From the human T2T-CHM13v2.0 reference genome, Homo sapiens: a stretch of 64,000 nucleotides of DNA. The position numbers were made by a program, and so were the translations under genes. Below are positions 40,201 to 54,255 of the stretch, piece after piece. The DNA lies in the NCBI RefSeq assembly GCF_009914755.1, contig NC_060927.1, one strand, 5' to 3'. Every line of letters begins with the position of its first letter. The stretch's first letter is position 1. The notes under the pieces are model-generated. The model ran no database searches. It worked only from the letters and a program-made list of their open reading frames with translations, and was not told where the DNA came from.

Positions 40201-43200
40201 CTGTCTAAAGGAAGGTTCAACCCTGTGAGTTGAATACACACACACAGAAAAAAATTCACTGAGAATTCTATTGTCTATCATTACACGAAGAAATCCCGTT
40301 TACTACGAAGGCCTCAAAGAGGTCCAAATATCCAGCTGCAGACATTACAAACTGAGTGTTTCCAAAGTGCTCTATGAAAAGAAGTGTTAAACACTGTGAG
40401 TTCAATGCACACATCCCAAAGCAGTTTCTGAGAATGATTCCGTCTATTTTTTCTACGAAGATATTTCCTTTTCTGCCGTTGGCCTCAAAGCGCTTGAAAT
40501 CTCCACTTGCAAATTCCACAAAAAGAGAGTTTCAAATCTGCTCTGCCTAAAGGAAGGTTCAACTCTGTGAGTTGAATACACACCACAAAAAGAAGTTACT
40601 GAGAATTCTTCTGTCTAGCATTATATGAAAAATCCCGTTTCCAACGAAGGCCACAAAGAGGTCCAAATATCCACTTGCAGATTCTGCAAAAAGAGTGTTT
40701 CCAAACTGCTCTATGAAAAGAAACGTTAAACTCTGTGAGTTGAACGCAAACATCACAAAGTAGTTTCTGAGAATGACTCCGTCTAGTTTTTATACGACGA
40801 TATTTCCTTTCCTACCATTCACTTCAAAGCGCTTGAAGTCTCCCCCTGAAAATTCCACAAAAAGTGTTTCCAATCTGCTCCGCCTAAAGGAAGCTTCAAC
40901 TCTGTGAGTTGAATACCCACAACCCAAAGAAGTTACTGAGAATTCTTCTGTCTAGCATTATATGAAGAAATCCCGTTTCCAACGAAGGCCTCAAATACAT
41001 CCAAATATCCAGTTGCTGACTTTACAAACTGAGTGTTTCCAAACTGCTCTATGAAAAGAAAGGTTAAACACTGTGAGTTGAACACACACGTACCAAAGTA
41101 GTTTCTGAGAATGATTCTGTCTAGTTTGCATACGAAGATATTTCCTTTTCTACCATTGGCCTCAAAGCTCTGAAATCTCCACTTGCAAATTCCACAAAAA
41201 GAGAGTTTCAAATCTGCTGTTTCTAAAGGAAAGTTCAACTCTGAGAGTTGAATACACACCAGAAAAAGCAGTTACTGAGAAGTCTTCTGTCTAGCATTAT
41301 ATGAAGAAATCCCATTTCCAACGAAGACTTCAAAGAGGTCCAAATATCCACTTGCAGATTCTGCAAAAAGAGTGTTTCGAAACAACTGTATGAAAAGAAA
41401 GGTTAAACACTGTGAGTTGAACGCACACATTGCAAAGCAGTTTCTGAGAATGATTCCGTCTAATTATTATACGAAGGTATTTCCTTTTCTATCATTGGCC
41501 TCAAAGCGCTTGATACCTCCACCTGAAAATTCCACAAAAAGAGTGTTTCCAATCTACTCTGTCTAAAGGAACGTTCAACTCTGTGAGTTGAATACACACA
41601 CACAGAAAGAATTCACTGAGAATTCTTCTGTCTGGCATTACATGAAGAAATCCCGTTTCCAACGAAGGCCTCAAAGAGGACCAAATATCCACTTGCAGAT
41701 TCTGCAAAAAGAGTGTTTCAAAACCGCTCCATTAAAAGGAATGTTGAACTCTGTGAGTTGAATGCAAACATCACAACTCAGTTGCTGAGAATGCTTCTGA
41801 CTAGATTTTATGGTAAGATATTTCCTTTTCTACCGTAGGCTTCAATGCCCTCTAAATACACCCTTGCAAATTCTACAAAGAGACTGTTTCATAACTGCTC
41901 TATAGGAAGAAAGGTTCAACTCTGTGAGTTGAATGCAGAGATCACAACGTGGTTTCTGCGAATGATTCTTTGTAGTTTTTACATGAAGATATTTCGTTGT
42001 CAACCGTAGGCTTCAAAGCACTCAAAGTATTCACTTGGAACTTTTACAAAAAGAGTGTTAGAAAACTGCTCTTTCCAAAGTAAGGTTCAACTCTGTGAGT
42101 TGAATGCACACATAACAATCAAGAAGTTTCTGAGAATTCTTCTGTCCTGGTTTATAGGAACAAATGCCGTTTCCAACGAAGGCCTCAAAGACGTTTAAAT
42201 ATCCACTTGCAGACTTCACAAACAGAGGGTTTCCAAACTGCTCTATGAAAAGAAAGGTTAAACTCTGTGAGTTGAACGCACACATCACAAAGTAGCTTCT
42301 GAGAATGATACTGTCTAGTTTTTATACGAAGATATTTCCGTTCTACCATTGGCGTCAAAGCGCTAGAATTCTCCACTTGCAAATTCCACAAAAAGAGTGT
42401 TTCCAATCTGCTCTGTCTAAAGGAAGGTTCAACTCTGTGAGTTGAATACACACACACAAAGAAGCTACTGAGAATTCTTTTGTCAAGAATTATAAGAAGA
42501 AATCCCGTTTCCAACGAAGGCCTCAAAGAGTTCCAAATATCCACTTGCACACTGCACAAACTAAGTCTTTCCAAACTGCTCTATGCAAAGAAATGTTCAA
42601 CTCTGTGAGTTTAATACACACATCACAAAGCAGTTTCTGAGAATGATACTGTCTAGTTTTTATACGAAGATATTTCCTTTTGTACCATTGGCCTCATACT
42701 GCTAGAATTTTCCACTTGCAAATTCCACAAAAAGAGTGTTTCCAATCCGCTCTGTCTAAAGGAAGGTTCAACTCTCTGATTTGAATACATACATCCCAAA
42801 AGAAGTTACTGAGAATTCTTCTGTCTAGCATTATGTGAAGAAATCCCGTTTCCAACGAAAGCCTCAAAGAGGTCCAAATATCCAGTTGCAGAATTTACAA
42901 ACTGACTGTTTCCAAACTCATCTATGAAAAGAAAGGTTAAACTCTGGGAGTTGAATGCACATATCACAAAGTAGTTCCTGAGAATGATTCTGTCTAGTTT
43001 TCATACGAAGATATTTCCTTTTCCACCAATGGCCTCAAAGTGCTTGAAATCTCCCCTTGCAAATTCCACAGACAAGTGTTTCAAATCTGCACTGTCTAAA
43101 GGAAGGTTCAACCCTGTGAGTTGAATACACACACACAGAAAAAAATTCACTGAGAATTCTATTGTCTATCATTACACGAAGAAATCCCGTTTACTACGAA

Positions 43201-46200
43201 GGCCTCAAAGAGGTCCAAATATCCAGCTGCAGACATTACAAACTGAGTGTTTCCAAAGTGCTCTATGAAAAGAAGTGTTAAACACTGTGAGTTCAATGCA
43301 CACATCCCAAAGCAGTTTCTGAGAATGATTCCGTCTATTTTTTCTACGAAGATATTTCCTTTTCTGCCGTTGGCCTCAAAGCGCTTGAAATCTCCACTTG
43401 CAAATTCCACAAAAAGAGAGTTTCAAATCTGCTCTGCCTAAAGGAAGGTTCAACTCTGTGAGTTGAATACACACCACAAAAAGAAGTTACTGAGAATTCT
43501 TCTGTCTAGCATTATATGAAAAATCCCGTTTCCAACGAAGGCCACAAAGAGGTCCAAATATCCACTTGCAGATTCTGCAAAAAGAGTGCTTCCAAACTGC
43601 TCTATGAAAAGAAACGTTAAACTCTGTGAGTTGAACGCAAACATCACAAAGTAGTTTCTGAGAATGACTCCGTCTAGTTTTTATACGAAGATATTTCCTT
43701 TCCTACCATTCACTTCAAAGCGCTTGAAGTCTCCCCCTGAAAATTCCACAAAAAGTGTTTCCAATCTGCTCCGCCTAAAGGAAGCTTCAACTCTGTGAGT
43801 TGAATACCCACAACCCAAAGAAGTTACTGAGAATTCTTCTGTCTAGCATTATATGAAGAAATCCCGTTTCCAACGAAGGCCTCAAATACATCCAAATATC
43901 CAGTTGCTGACTTTACAAACTGAGTGTTTCCAAACTGCTCTATGAAAAGAAAGGTTAAACACTGTGAGTTGAACACACACGTACCAAAGTAGTTTCTGAG
44001 AATGATTCTGTCTAGTTTGCATACGAAGATATTTCCTTTTCTACCATTGGCCTCAAAGCTCTGAAATCTCCACTTGCAAATTCCACAAAAAGAGAGTTTC
44101 AAATCTGCTGTTTCTAAAGGAAAGTTCAACTCTGAGAGTTGAATACACACCAGAAAAAGCAGTTACTGAGAAGTCTTCTGTCTAGCATTATATGAAGAAA
44201 TCCCATTTCCAACGAAGACTTCAAAGAGGTCCAAATATCCACTTGCAGATTCTGCAAAAAGAGTGTTTCGAAACAACTGTATGAAAAGAAAGGTTAAACA
44301 CTGTGAGTTGAACGCACACATTGCAAAGCAGTTTCTGAGAATGATTCCGTCTAATTATTATACGAAGGTATTTCCTTTTCTATCATTGGCCTCAAAGCGC
44401 TTGATACCTCCACCTGAAAATTCCACAAAAAGAGTGTTTCCAATCTACTCTGTCTAAAGGAACGTTCAACTCTGTGAGTTGAATACACACACACAGAAAG
44501 AATTCACTGAGAATTCTTCTGTCTGGCATTACATGAAGAAATCCCGTTTCCAACGAAGGCCTCAAAGAGGACCAAATATCCACTTGCAGATTCTGCAAAA
44601 AGAGTGTTTCAAAACCGCTCCATTAAAAGGAATGTTGAACTCTGTGAGTTGAATGCAAACATCACAACTCAGTTGCTGAGAATGCTTCTGACTAGATTTT
44701 ATGGTAAGATATTTCCTTTTCTACCGTAGGCTTCAATGCCCTCTAAATACACCCTTGCAAATTCTACAAAGAGACTGTTTCATAACTGCTCTATAGGAAG
44801 AAAGGTTCAACTCTGTGAGTTGAATGCAGAGATCACAACGTGGTTTCTGCGAATGATTCTTTGTAGTTTTTACATGAAGATATTTCGTTGTCAACCGTAG
44901 GCTTCAAAGCACTCAAAGTATTCACTTGGAACTTTTACAAAAAGAGTGTTAGAAAACTGCTCTTTCCAAAGTAAGGTTCAACTCTGTGAGTTGAATGCAC
45001 ACATAACAATCAAGAAGTTTCTGAGAATTCTTCTGTCCTGGTTTATAGGAACAAATGCCGTTTCCAACGAAGGCCTCAAAGACGTTAAATATCCACTTGC
45101 AGACTTCACAAACAGAGGGTTTCCAAACTGCTCTATGAAAAGAAAGGTTAAACTCTGTGAGTTGAACGCACACATCACAAAGTAGCTTCTGAGAATGATA
45201 CTGTCTAGTTTTTATACGAAGATATTTCCTTTCTACCATTGGCGTCAAAGCGCTAGAATTCTCCACTTGCAAATTCCACAAAAAGAGTGTTTCCAATCTG
45301 CTCTGTCTAAAGGAAGGTTCAACTCTGTGAGTTGAATACACACACACAAAGAAGCTACTGAGAATTCTTTTGTCAAGAATTATAAGAAGAAATCCCGTTT
45401 CCAACGAAGGCCTCAAAGAGTTCCAAATATCCACTTGCACACTGCACAAACTAAGTCTTTCCAAACTGCTCTATGCAAAGAAATGTTCAACTCTGTGAGT
45501 TTAATACACACATCACAAAGCAGTTTCTGAGAATGATACTGTCTAGTTTTTATACGAAGATATTTCCTTTTGTACCATTGGCCTCATACTGCTAGAATTT
45601 TCCACTTGCAAATTCCACAAAAAGAGTGTTTCCAATCCGCTCTGTCTAAAGGAAGGTTCAACTCTCTGATTTGAATACATACATCCCAAAAGAAGTTACT
45701 GAGAATTCTTCTGTCTAGCATTATGTGAAGAAATCCCGTTTCCAACGAAAGCCTCAAAGAGGTCCAAATATCCAGTTGCAGAATTTACAAACTGACTGTT
45801 TCCAAACTCATCTATGAAAAGAAAGGTTAAACTCTGGGAGTTGAATGCACATATCACAAAGTAGTTCCTGAGAATGATTCTGTCTAGTTTTCATACGAAG
45901 ATATTTCCTTTTCCACCAATGGCCTCAAAGTGCTTGAAATCTCCCCTTGCAAATTCCACAGACAAGTGTTTCAAATCTGCACTGTCTAAAGGAAGGTTCA
46001 ACCCTGTGAGTTGAATACACACACACAGAAAAAAATTCACTGAGAATTCTATTGTCTATCATTACACGAAGAAATCCCGTTTACTACGAAGGCCTCAAAG
46101 AGGTCCAAATATCCAGCTGCAGACATTACAAACTGAGTGTTTCCAAAGTGCTCTATGAAAAGAAGTGTTAAACACTGTGAGTTCAATGCACACATCCCAA

Positions 46201-49200
46201 AGCAGTTTCTGAGAATGATTCCGTCTATTTTTTCTACGAAGATATTTCCTTTTCTGCCGTTGGCCTCAAAGCGCTTGAAATCTCCACTTGCAAATTCCAC
46301 AAAAAGAGAGTTTCAAATCTGCTCTGCCTAAAGGAAGGTTCAACTCTGTGAGTTGAATACACACCACAAAAAGAAGTTACTGAGAATTCTTCTGTCTAGC
46401 ATTATATGAAAAATCCCGTTTCCAACGAAGGCCACAAAGAGGTCCAAATATCCACTTGCAGATTCTGCAAAAAGAGTGTTTCCAAACTGCTCTATGAAAA
46501 GAAACGTTAAACTCTGTGAGTTGAACGCAAACATCACAAAGTAGTTTCTGAGAATGACTCCGTCTAGTTTTTATACGAAGATATTTCCTTTCCTACCATT
46601 CACTTCAAAGCGCTTGAAGTCTCCCCCTGAAAATTCCACAAAAAGTGTTTCCAATCTGCTCCGCCTAAAGGAAGCTTCAACTCTGTGACTTGAATACCCA
46701 CAACCCAAAGAAGTTACTGAGAATTCTTCTGTCTAGCATTATATGAAGAAATCCCGTTTCCAACGAAGGCCTCAAATACATCCAAATATCCAGTTGCTGA
46801 CTTTACAAACTGAGTGTTTCCAAACTGCTCTATGAAAAGAAAGGTTAAACACTGTGAGTTGAACACACACGTACCAAAGTAGTTTCTGAGAATGATTCTG
46901 TCTAGTTTGCATACGAAGATATTTCCTTTTCTACCATTGGCCTCAAAGCTCTGAAATCTCCACTTGCAAATTCCACAAAAAGAGAGTTTCAAATCTGCTG
47001 TTTCTAAAGGAAAGTTCAACTCTGAGAGTTGAATACACACCAGAAAAAGCAGTTACTGAGAAGTCTTCTGTCTAGCATTATATGAAGAAATCCCATTTCC
47101 AACGAAGACTTCAAAGAGGTCCAAATATCCACTTGCAGATTCTGCAAAAAGAGTGTTTCGAAACAACTGTATGAAAAGAAAGGTTAAACACTGTGAGTTG
47201 AACGCACACATTGCAAAGCAGTTTCTGAGAATGATTCCGTCTAATTATTATACGAAGGTATTTCCTTTTCTATCATTGGCCTCAAAGCGCTTGATACCTC
47301 CACCTGAAAATTCCACAAAAAGAGTGTTTCCAATCTACTCTGTCTAAAGGAACGTTCAACTCTGTGAGTTGAATACACACACACAGAAAGAATTCACTGA
47401 GAATTCTTCTGTCTGGCATTACATGAAGAAATCCCGTTTCCAACGAAGGCCTCAAAGAGGTCCAAATATCCACTTGCAGATTCTGCAAAAAGAGTGTTTC
47501 AAAACCGCTCCATTAAAAGGAATGTTGAACTCTGTGAGTTGAATGCAAACATCACAACTCAGTTGCTGAGAATGCTTCTGACTAGATTTTATGGTAAGAT
47601 ATTTCCTTTTCTACCGTAGGCTTCAATGCCCTCTAAATACACCCTTGCAAATTCTACAAAGAGACCGTTTCATAACTGCTCTATAGGAAGAAAGGTTGAA
47701 CTCTGTGAGTTGAATGCAGAGATCACAACGTGGTTTCTGTGAATGATTCTTTGTAGTTTTTACATGAAGATATTTCGTTGTCAACCGTAGGCTTCAAAGC
47801 ACTCAAAGTATTCACTTGGAACTTTTACAAAAAGAGTGTTAGAAAACTGCTCTTTCCAAAGTAAGGTTCAACTCTGTGAGTTGAATGCACACATAACAAT
47901 CAAGAAGTTTCTGAGAATTCTTCTGTCCTGGTTTATATGAAGAAATCCCGTTTCCAACGAAGGCCTCAAAGACGTTTAAATATCCACTTGCAGACTTCAC
48001 AAACAGAGGGTTTCCAAACTGCTCTATGAAAAGAAAGGTTAAACTCTGTGAGTTGAACGCACACATCACAAAGTAGTTTCTGAGAATGATACTGTCTAGT
48101 TTTTATACGAAGATATTTCCTTTCTACCATTGGCGTCAAAGCGCTAGAATTCTCCACTTGCAAATTCCACAAAAAGAGTGTTTCCAATCTGCTCTGTCTA
48201 AAGGAAGGTTCAACTCTGTGAGTTGAATACACACACACAAAGAAGCTACTGAGAATTCTTTTGTCAAGAATTATAAGAAGAAATCCCGTTTCCAACGAAG
48301 GCCTCAAAGAGTTCCAAATATCCACTTGCACACTGCACAAACTAAGTCTTTCCAAACTGCTCTATGCAAAGAAATGTTCAACTCTGTGAGTTTAATACAC
48401 ACATCACAAAGCAGTTTCTGAGAATGATACTGTCTAGTTTTTATACGAAGATATTTCCTTTTGTACCATTGGCCTCATACTGCTAGAATTTTCCACTTGC
48501 AAATTCCACAAAAAGAGTGTTTCCAATCCGCTCTGTCTAAAGGAAGGTTCAACTCTCTGATTTGAATACATACATCCCAAAAGAAGTTACTGAGAATTCT
48601 TCTGTCTAGCATTATGTGAAGAAATCCCGTTTCCAACGAAAGCCTCAAAGAGGTCCAAATATCCAGTTGCAGAATTTACAAACTGACTGTTTCCAAACTC
48701 ATCTATGAAAAGAAAGGTTAAACTCTGGGAGTTGAATGCACATATCACAAAGTAGTTCCTGAGAATGATTCTGTCTAGTTTTCATACGAAGATATTTCCT
48801 TTTCCACCAATGGCCTCAAAGTGCTTGAAATCTCCCCTTGCAAATTCCACAGACAAGTGTTTCAAATCTGCACTGTCTAAAGGAAGGTTCAACCCTGTGA
48901 GTTGAATACACACACACAGAAAAAAATTCACTGAGAATTCTATTGTCTATCATTACACGAAGAAATCCCGTTTACTACGAAGGCCTCAAAGAGGTCCAAA
49001 TATCCAGCTGCAGACATTACAAACTGAGTGTTTCCAAAGTGCTCTATGAAAAGAAGTGTTAAACACTGTGAGTTCAATGCACACATCCCAAAGCAGTTTC
49101 TGAGAATGATTCCGTCTATTTTTTCTACGAAGATATTTCCTTTTCTGCCGTTGGCCTCAAAGCGCTTGAAATCTCCACTTGCAAATTCCACAAAAAGAGA

Positions 49201-52200
49201 GTTTCAAATCTGCTCTGTCTAAAGGAAGGTTCAACTCTGTGAGTTGAATACACACCACAAAAAGAAGTTACTGAGAATTCTTCTGTCTAGCATTATATGA
49301 AAAATCCCGTTTCCAACGAAGGCCACAAAGAGGTCCAAATATCCACTTGCAGATTCTGCAAAAAGAGTGTTTCCAAACTGCTCTATGAAAAGAAACGTTA
49401 AACTCTGTGAGTTGAACGCAAACATCACAAAGTAGTTTCTGAGAATGACTCCGTCTAGTTTTTATACGAAGATATTTCCTTTCCTACCATTCACTTCAAA
49501 GCGCTTGAAGTCTCCCCCTGAAAATTCCACAAAAAGTGTTTCCAATCTGCTCCGCCTAAAGGAAGCTTCAACTCTGTGACTTGAATACCCACAACCCAAA
49601 GAAGTTACTGAGAATTCTTCTGTCTAGCATTATATGAAGAAATCCCGTTTCCAACGAAGGCCTCAAATACATCCAAATATCCAGTTGCTGACTTTACAAA
49701 CTGAGTGTTTCCAAACTGCTCTATGAAAAGAAAGGTTAAACACTGTGAGTTGAACACACACGTACCAAAGTAGTTTCTGAGAATGATTCTGTCTAGTTTG
49801 CATACGAAGATATTTCCTTTTCTACCATTGGCCTCAAAGCTCTGAAATCTCCACTTGCAAATTCCACAAAAAGAGAGTTTCAAATCTGCTGTTTCTAAAG
49901 GAAAGTTCAACTCTGAGAGTTGAATACACACCAGAAAAAGCAGTTACTGAGAAGTCTTCTGTCTAGCATTATATGAAGAAATCCCATTTCCAACGAAGAC
50001 TTCAAAGAGGTCCAAATATCCACTTGCAGATTCTGCAAAAAGAGTGTTTCGAAACAACTGTATGAAAAGAAAGGTTAAACACTGTGAGTTGAACGCACAC
50101 ATTGCAAAGCAGTTTCTGAGAATGATTCCGTCTAATTATTATACGAAGGTATTTCCTTTTCTATCATTGGCCTCAAAGCGCTTGATACCTCCACCTGAAA
50201 ATTCCACAAAAAGAGTGTTTCCAATCTACTCTGTCTAAAGGAACGTTCAACTCTGTGAGTTGAATACACACACACAGAAAGAATTCACTGAGAATTCTTC
50301 TGTCTGGCATTACATGAAGAAATCCCGTTTCCAACGAAGGCCTCAAAGAGGTCCAAATATCCACTTGCAGATTCTGCAAAAAGAGTGTTTCAAAACCGCT
50401 CCATTAAAAGGAATGTTGAACTCTGTGAGTTGAATGCAAACATCACAACTCAGTTGCTGAGAATGCTTCTGACTAGATTTTATGGTAAGATATTTCCTTT
50501 TCTACCGTAGGCTTCAATGCCCTCTAAATACACCCTTGCAAATTCTACAAAGAGACCGTTTCATAACTGCTCTATAGGAAGAAAGGTTGAACTCTGTGAG
50601 TTGAATGCAGAGATCACAACGTGGTTTCTGCGAATGATTCTTTGTAGTTTTTACATGAAGATATTTCGTTGTCAACCGTAGGCTTCAAAGCACTCAAAGT
50701 ATTCACTTGGAACTTTTACAAAAAGAGTGTTAGAAAACTGCTCTTTCCAAAGTAAGGTTCAACTCTGTGAGTTGAATGCACACATAACAATCAAGAAGTT
50801 TCTGAGAATTCTTCTGTCCTGGTTTATAGGAACAAATGCCGTTTCCAACGAAGGCCTCAAAGACGTTTAAATATCCACTTGCAGACTTCACAAACAGAGG
50901 GTTTCCAAACTGCTCTATGAAAAGAAAGGTTAAACTCTGTGAGTTGAACGCACACATCACAAAGTAGCTTCTGAGAATGATACTGTCTAGTTTTTATACG
51001 AAGATATTTCCTTTCTACCATTGGCGTCAAAGCGCTAGAATTCTCCACTTGCAAATTCCACAAAAAGAGTGTTTCCAATCTGCTCTGTCTAAAGGAAGGT
51101 TCAACTCTGTGAGTTGAATACACACACACAAAGAAGCTACTGAGAATTCTTTTGTCAAGAATTATAAGAAGAAATCCCGTTTCCAACGAAGGCCTCAAAG
51201 AGTTCCAAATATCCACTTGCACACTGCACAAACTAAGTCTTTCCAAACTGCTCTATGCAAAGAAATGTTCAACTCTGTGAGTTTAATACACACATCACAA
51301 AGCAGTTTCTGAGAATGATACTGTCTAGTTTTTATACGAAGATATTTCCTTTTGTACCATTGGCCTCATACCGCTAGAATTTTCCACTTGCAAATTCCAC
51401 AAAAAGAGTGTTTCCAATCCGCTCTGTCTAAAGGAAGGTTCAACTCTCTGATTTGAATACATACATCCCAAAAGAAGTTACTGAGAATTCTTCTGTCTAG
51501 CATTATGTGAAGAAATCCCGTTTCCAACGAAAGCCTCAAAGAGGTCCAAATATCCAGTTGCAGAATTTACAAACTGACTGTTTCCAAACTCATCTATGAA
51601 AAGAAAGGTTAAACTCTGTGAGTTGAATGCACATACCACAAAGTAGTTCCTGAGAATGATTCTGTCTAGTTTTTATACGAAGATATTTCCTTTTCCACCA
51701 ATGGCCTCAAAGTGCTTGAAATCTCCCCTTGCAAATTCCACAGACAAGTGTTTCAAATCTGCACTGTCTAAAGGAAGGTACAACCCTGTGAGTTGAATAC
51801 ACACACACAGAAAAAAATTCACTGAGAATTCTATTGTCTATCATTACACGAAGAAATCCCGTTTACTACGAAGGCCTCAAAGAGGTCTAAATATCCAGCT
51901 GCAGACATTACAAACTGAGTGTTTCCAAAGTGCTCTATGAAAAGAAGTGTTAAACACTGTGAGTTCAATGCACACATCCCAAAGCAGTTTCTGAGAATGA
52001 TTCCGTCAATTTTTTCTACGAAGATATTTCCTTTTCTGCCGTTGGCCTCAAAGCGCTTGAAATCTCCACTTGCAAATTCCACAAAAAGAGAGTTTCAAAT
52101 CTGCTCTGTCTAAAGGAAGGTTCAATTCTGTGAGTTGAATACACACCACAAAAAGAAGTTACTGAGAATTCTTCTGTCTAGCATTATATGAAAAATCCCG

Positions 52201-53090
52201 TTTCCAACGAAGGCCACAAAGAGGTCCAAATATCCACTTGCAGATTCTGCAAAAAGAGTGTTTCCAAACTGCTCTATGAAAAGAAACGTTAAACTCTGTG
52301 AGTTGAACGCAAACATCACAAAGTAGTTTCTGAGAATGACTCCGTCTAGTTTTTATACGAAGATATTTCCTTTCCTACCATTCACTTCAAAGCGCTTGAA
52401 GTCTCCCCCTGAAAATTCCACAAAAAGTGTTTCCAATCTGCTCCGCCTAAAGGAAGCTTCAACTCTGTGACTTGAATACCCACAACCCAAAGAAGTTACT
52501 GAGAATTCTTCTGTCTAGCATTATATGAAGAAATCCCGTTTCCAACGAAGGCCTCAAATACATCCAAATATCCAGTTGCTGACTTTACAAACTGAGTGTT
52601 TCCAAACTGCTCTATGAAAAGAAAGGTTAAACACTGTGAGTTGAACACACACGTACCAAAGTAGTTTCTGAGAATGATTCTGTCTAGTTTGCATACGAAG
52701 ATATTTCCTTTTCTACCATTGGCCTCAAAGCTTTGAAATCTCCACTTGCAAATTCCACAAAAAGAGAGTTTCAAATCTGCTGTTTCTAAAGGAAAGTTCA
52801 ACTCTGAGAGTTGAATACACACCAGAAAAAGCAGTTACTGAGAAGTCTTCTGTCTAGCATTATATGAAGAAATCCCATTTCCAACGAAGACTTCAAAGAG
52901 GTCCAAATATCCACTTGCAGATTCTGCAAAAAGAGTGTTTCGAAACAACTGTATGAAAAGAAAGGTTAAACACTGTGAGTTGAACGCACACATTGCAAAG
53001 CAGTTTCTGAGAATGATTCCGTCTAATTATTATACGAAGGTATTTCCTTTTCTATCATTGGCCTCAAAGCGCTTGATACCTCCACCTGAA

Positions 53091-53108
53091 AATTCCACAA
53101 TTCCACAA
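53091..53108. repeat. Private 8-bp tandem duplication (aattccac x2) in U19
   Basis: The sequence is gaaaattccacaattccacaaaaagag versus canonical gaaaattccacaaaaagag; the unit is 2,899 bp. Confidence 0.95.
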
Positions 53109-54255
53109 AAAGAGTGTTTCCAATCTACTCTGTCTAAAGGAACGTTCAACTCTGTGAGTTGAATACACACACACAGAAAGAATTCACTGAGAATTCTTCT
53201 GTCTGGCATTACATGAAGAAATCCCGTTTCCAACGAAGGCCTCAAAGAGGTCCAAATATCCACTTGCAGATTCTGCAAAAAGAGTGTTTCAAAACCGCTC
53301 CATTAAAAGGAATGTTGAACTCTGTGAGTTGAATGCAAACATCACAACTCAGTTTCTGAGAATGCTTCTGACTAGATTTTATGGTAAGATATTTCCTTTT
53401 CTACCGTAGGCTTCAATGCCCTCTAAATACACCCTTGCAAATTCTACAAAGAGACTGTTTCATAACTGCTCTATAGGAAGAAAGGTTCAACTCTGTGAGT
53501 TGAATGCAGAGATCACAACGTGGTTTCTGCGAATGATTCTTTGTAGTTTTTACATGAAGATATTTCGTTGTCAACCGTAGGCTTCAAAGCACTCAAAGTA
53601 TTCACTTGGAACTTTTACAAAAAGAGTGTTAGAAAACTGCTCTTTCCAAAGTAAGGTTCAACTCTGTGAGTTGAATGCACCCATAACAATCAAGAAGTTT
53701 CTGAGAATTCTTCTGTCCTGGTTTATATGAACAAATCCCGTTTCCAACGAAGGCCTCAAAGACGTTTAAATATCCACTTGAAGACTTCACAAACAGAGTG
53801 TTTCCAAACTGCTCTATGAAAAGAAAGGTTAAACTCTGTGAGTTGAACGCACACATCACAAAGTAGTTTCTGAGAATGATACCGTCTAGTTTTTATACGA
53901 AGATATTTCCTTTCTACCATTGGCGTCAAAGCGCTAGAATTCTCCACTTGCAAATTCCACAAAAAGAGTGTTTCCAATCTGCTCTGTCTAAAGGAAGGTT
54001 CAACTCTGTGAGTTGAATACATACACACAAAGAAGCTACTGAGAATTCTTTTGTCAAGAATTATAAGAAGAAATCCCGTTTCCAACGAAGGCCTCAAAGA
54101 GTTCCAAATATCCACTTGCACACTGCACAAACTAAGTCTTTCCAAACTGCTCTATGCAAAGAAATGTTCAACTCTGTGAGTTTAATACACACATCACAAA
54201 GCAGTTTCTGAGAATGATACTGTCTAGTTTTTATACGAAGATATTTCCTTTTGTA

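Noticed and set aside
44949-45464. Longest ORF (171 aa)
   Set aside because: It is a fusion of two spurious frames caused by the 1-bp deletion at ~45085. The match to the 171-bp monomer length is coincidence.
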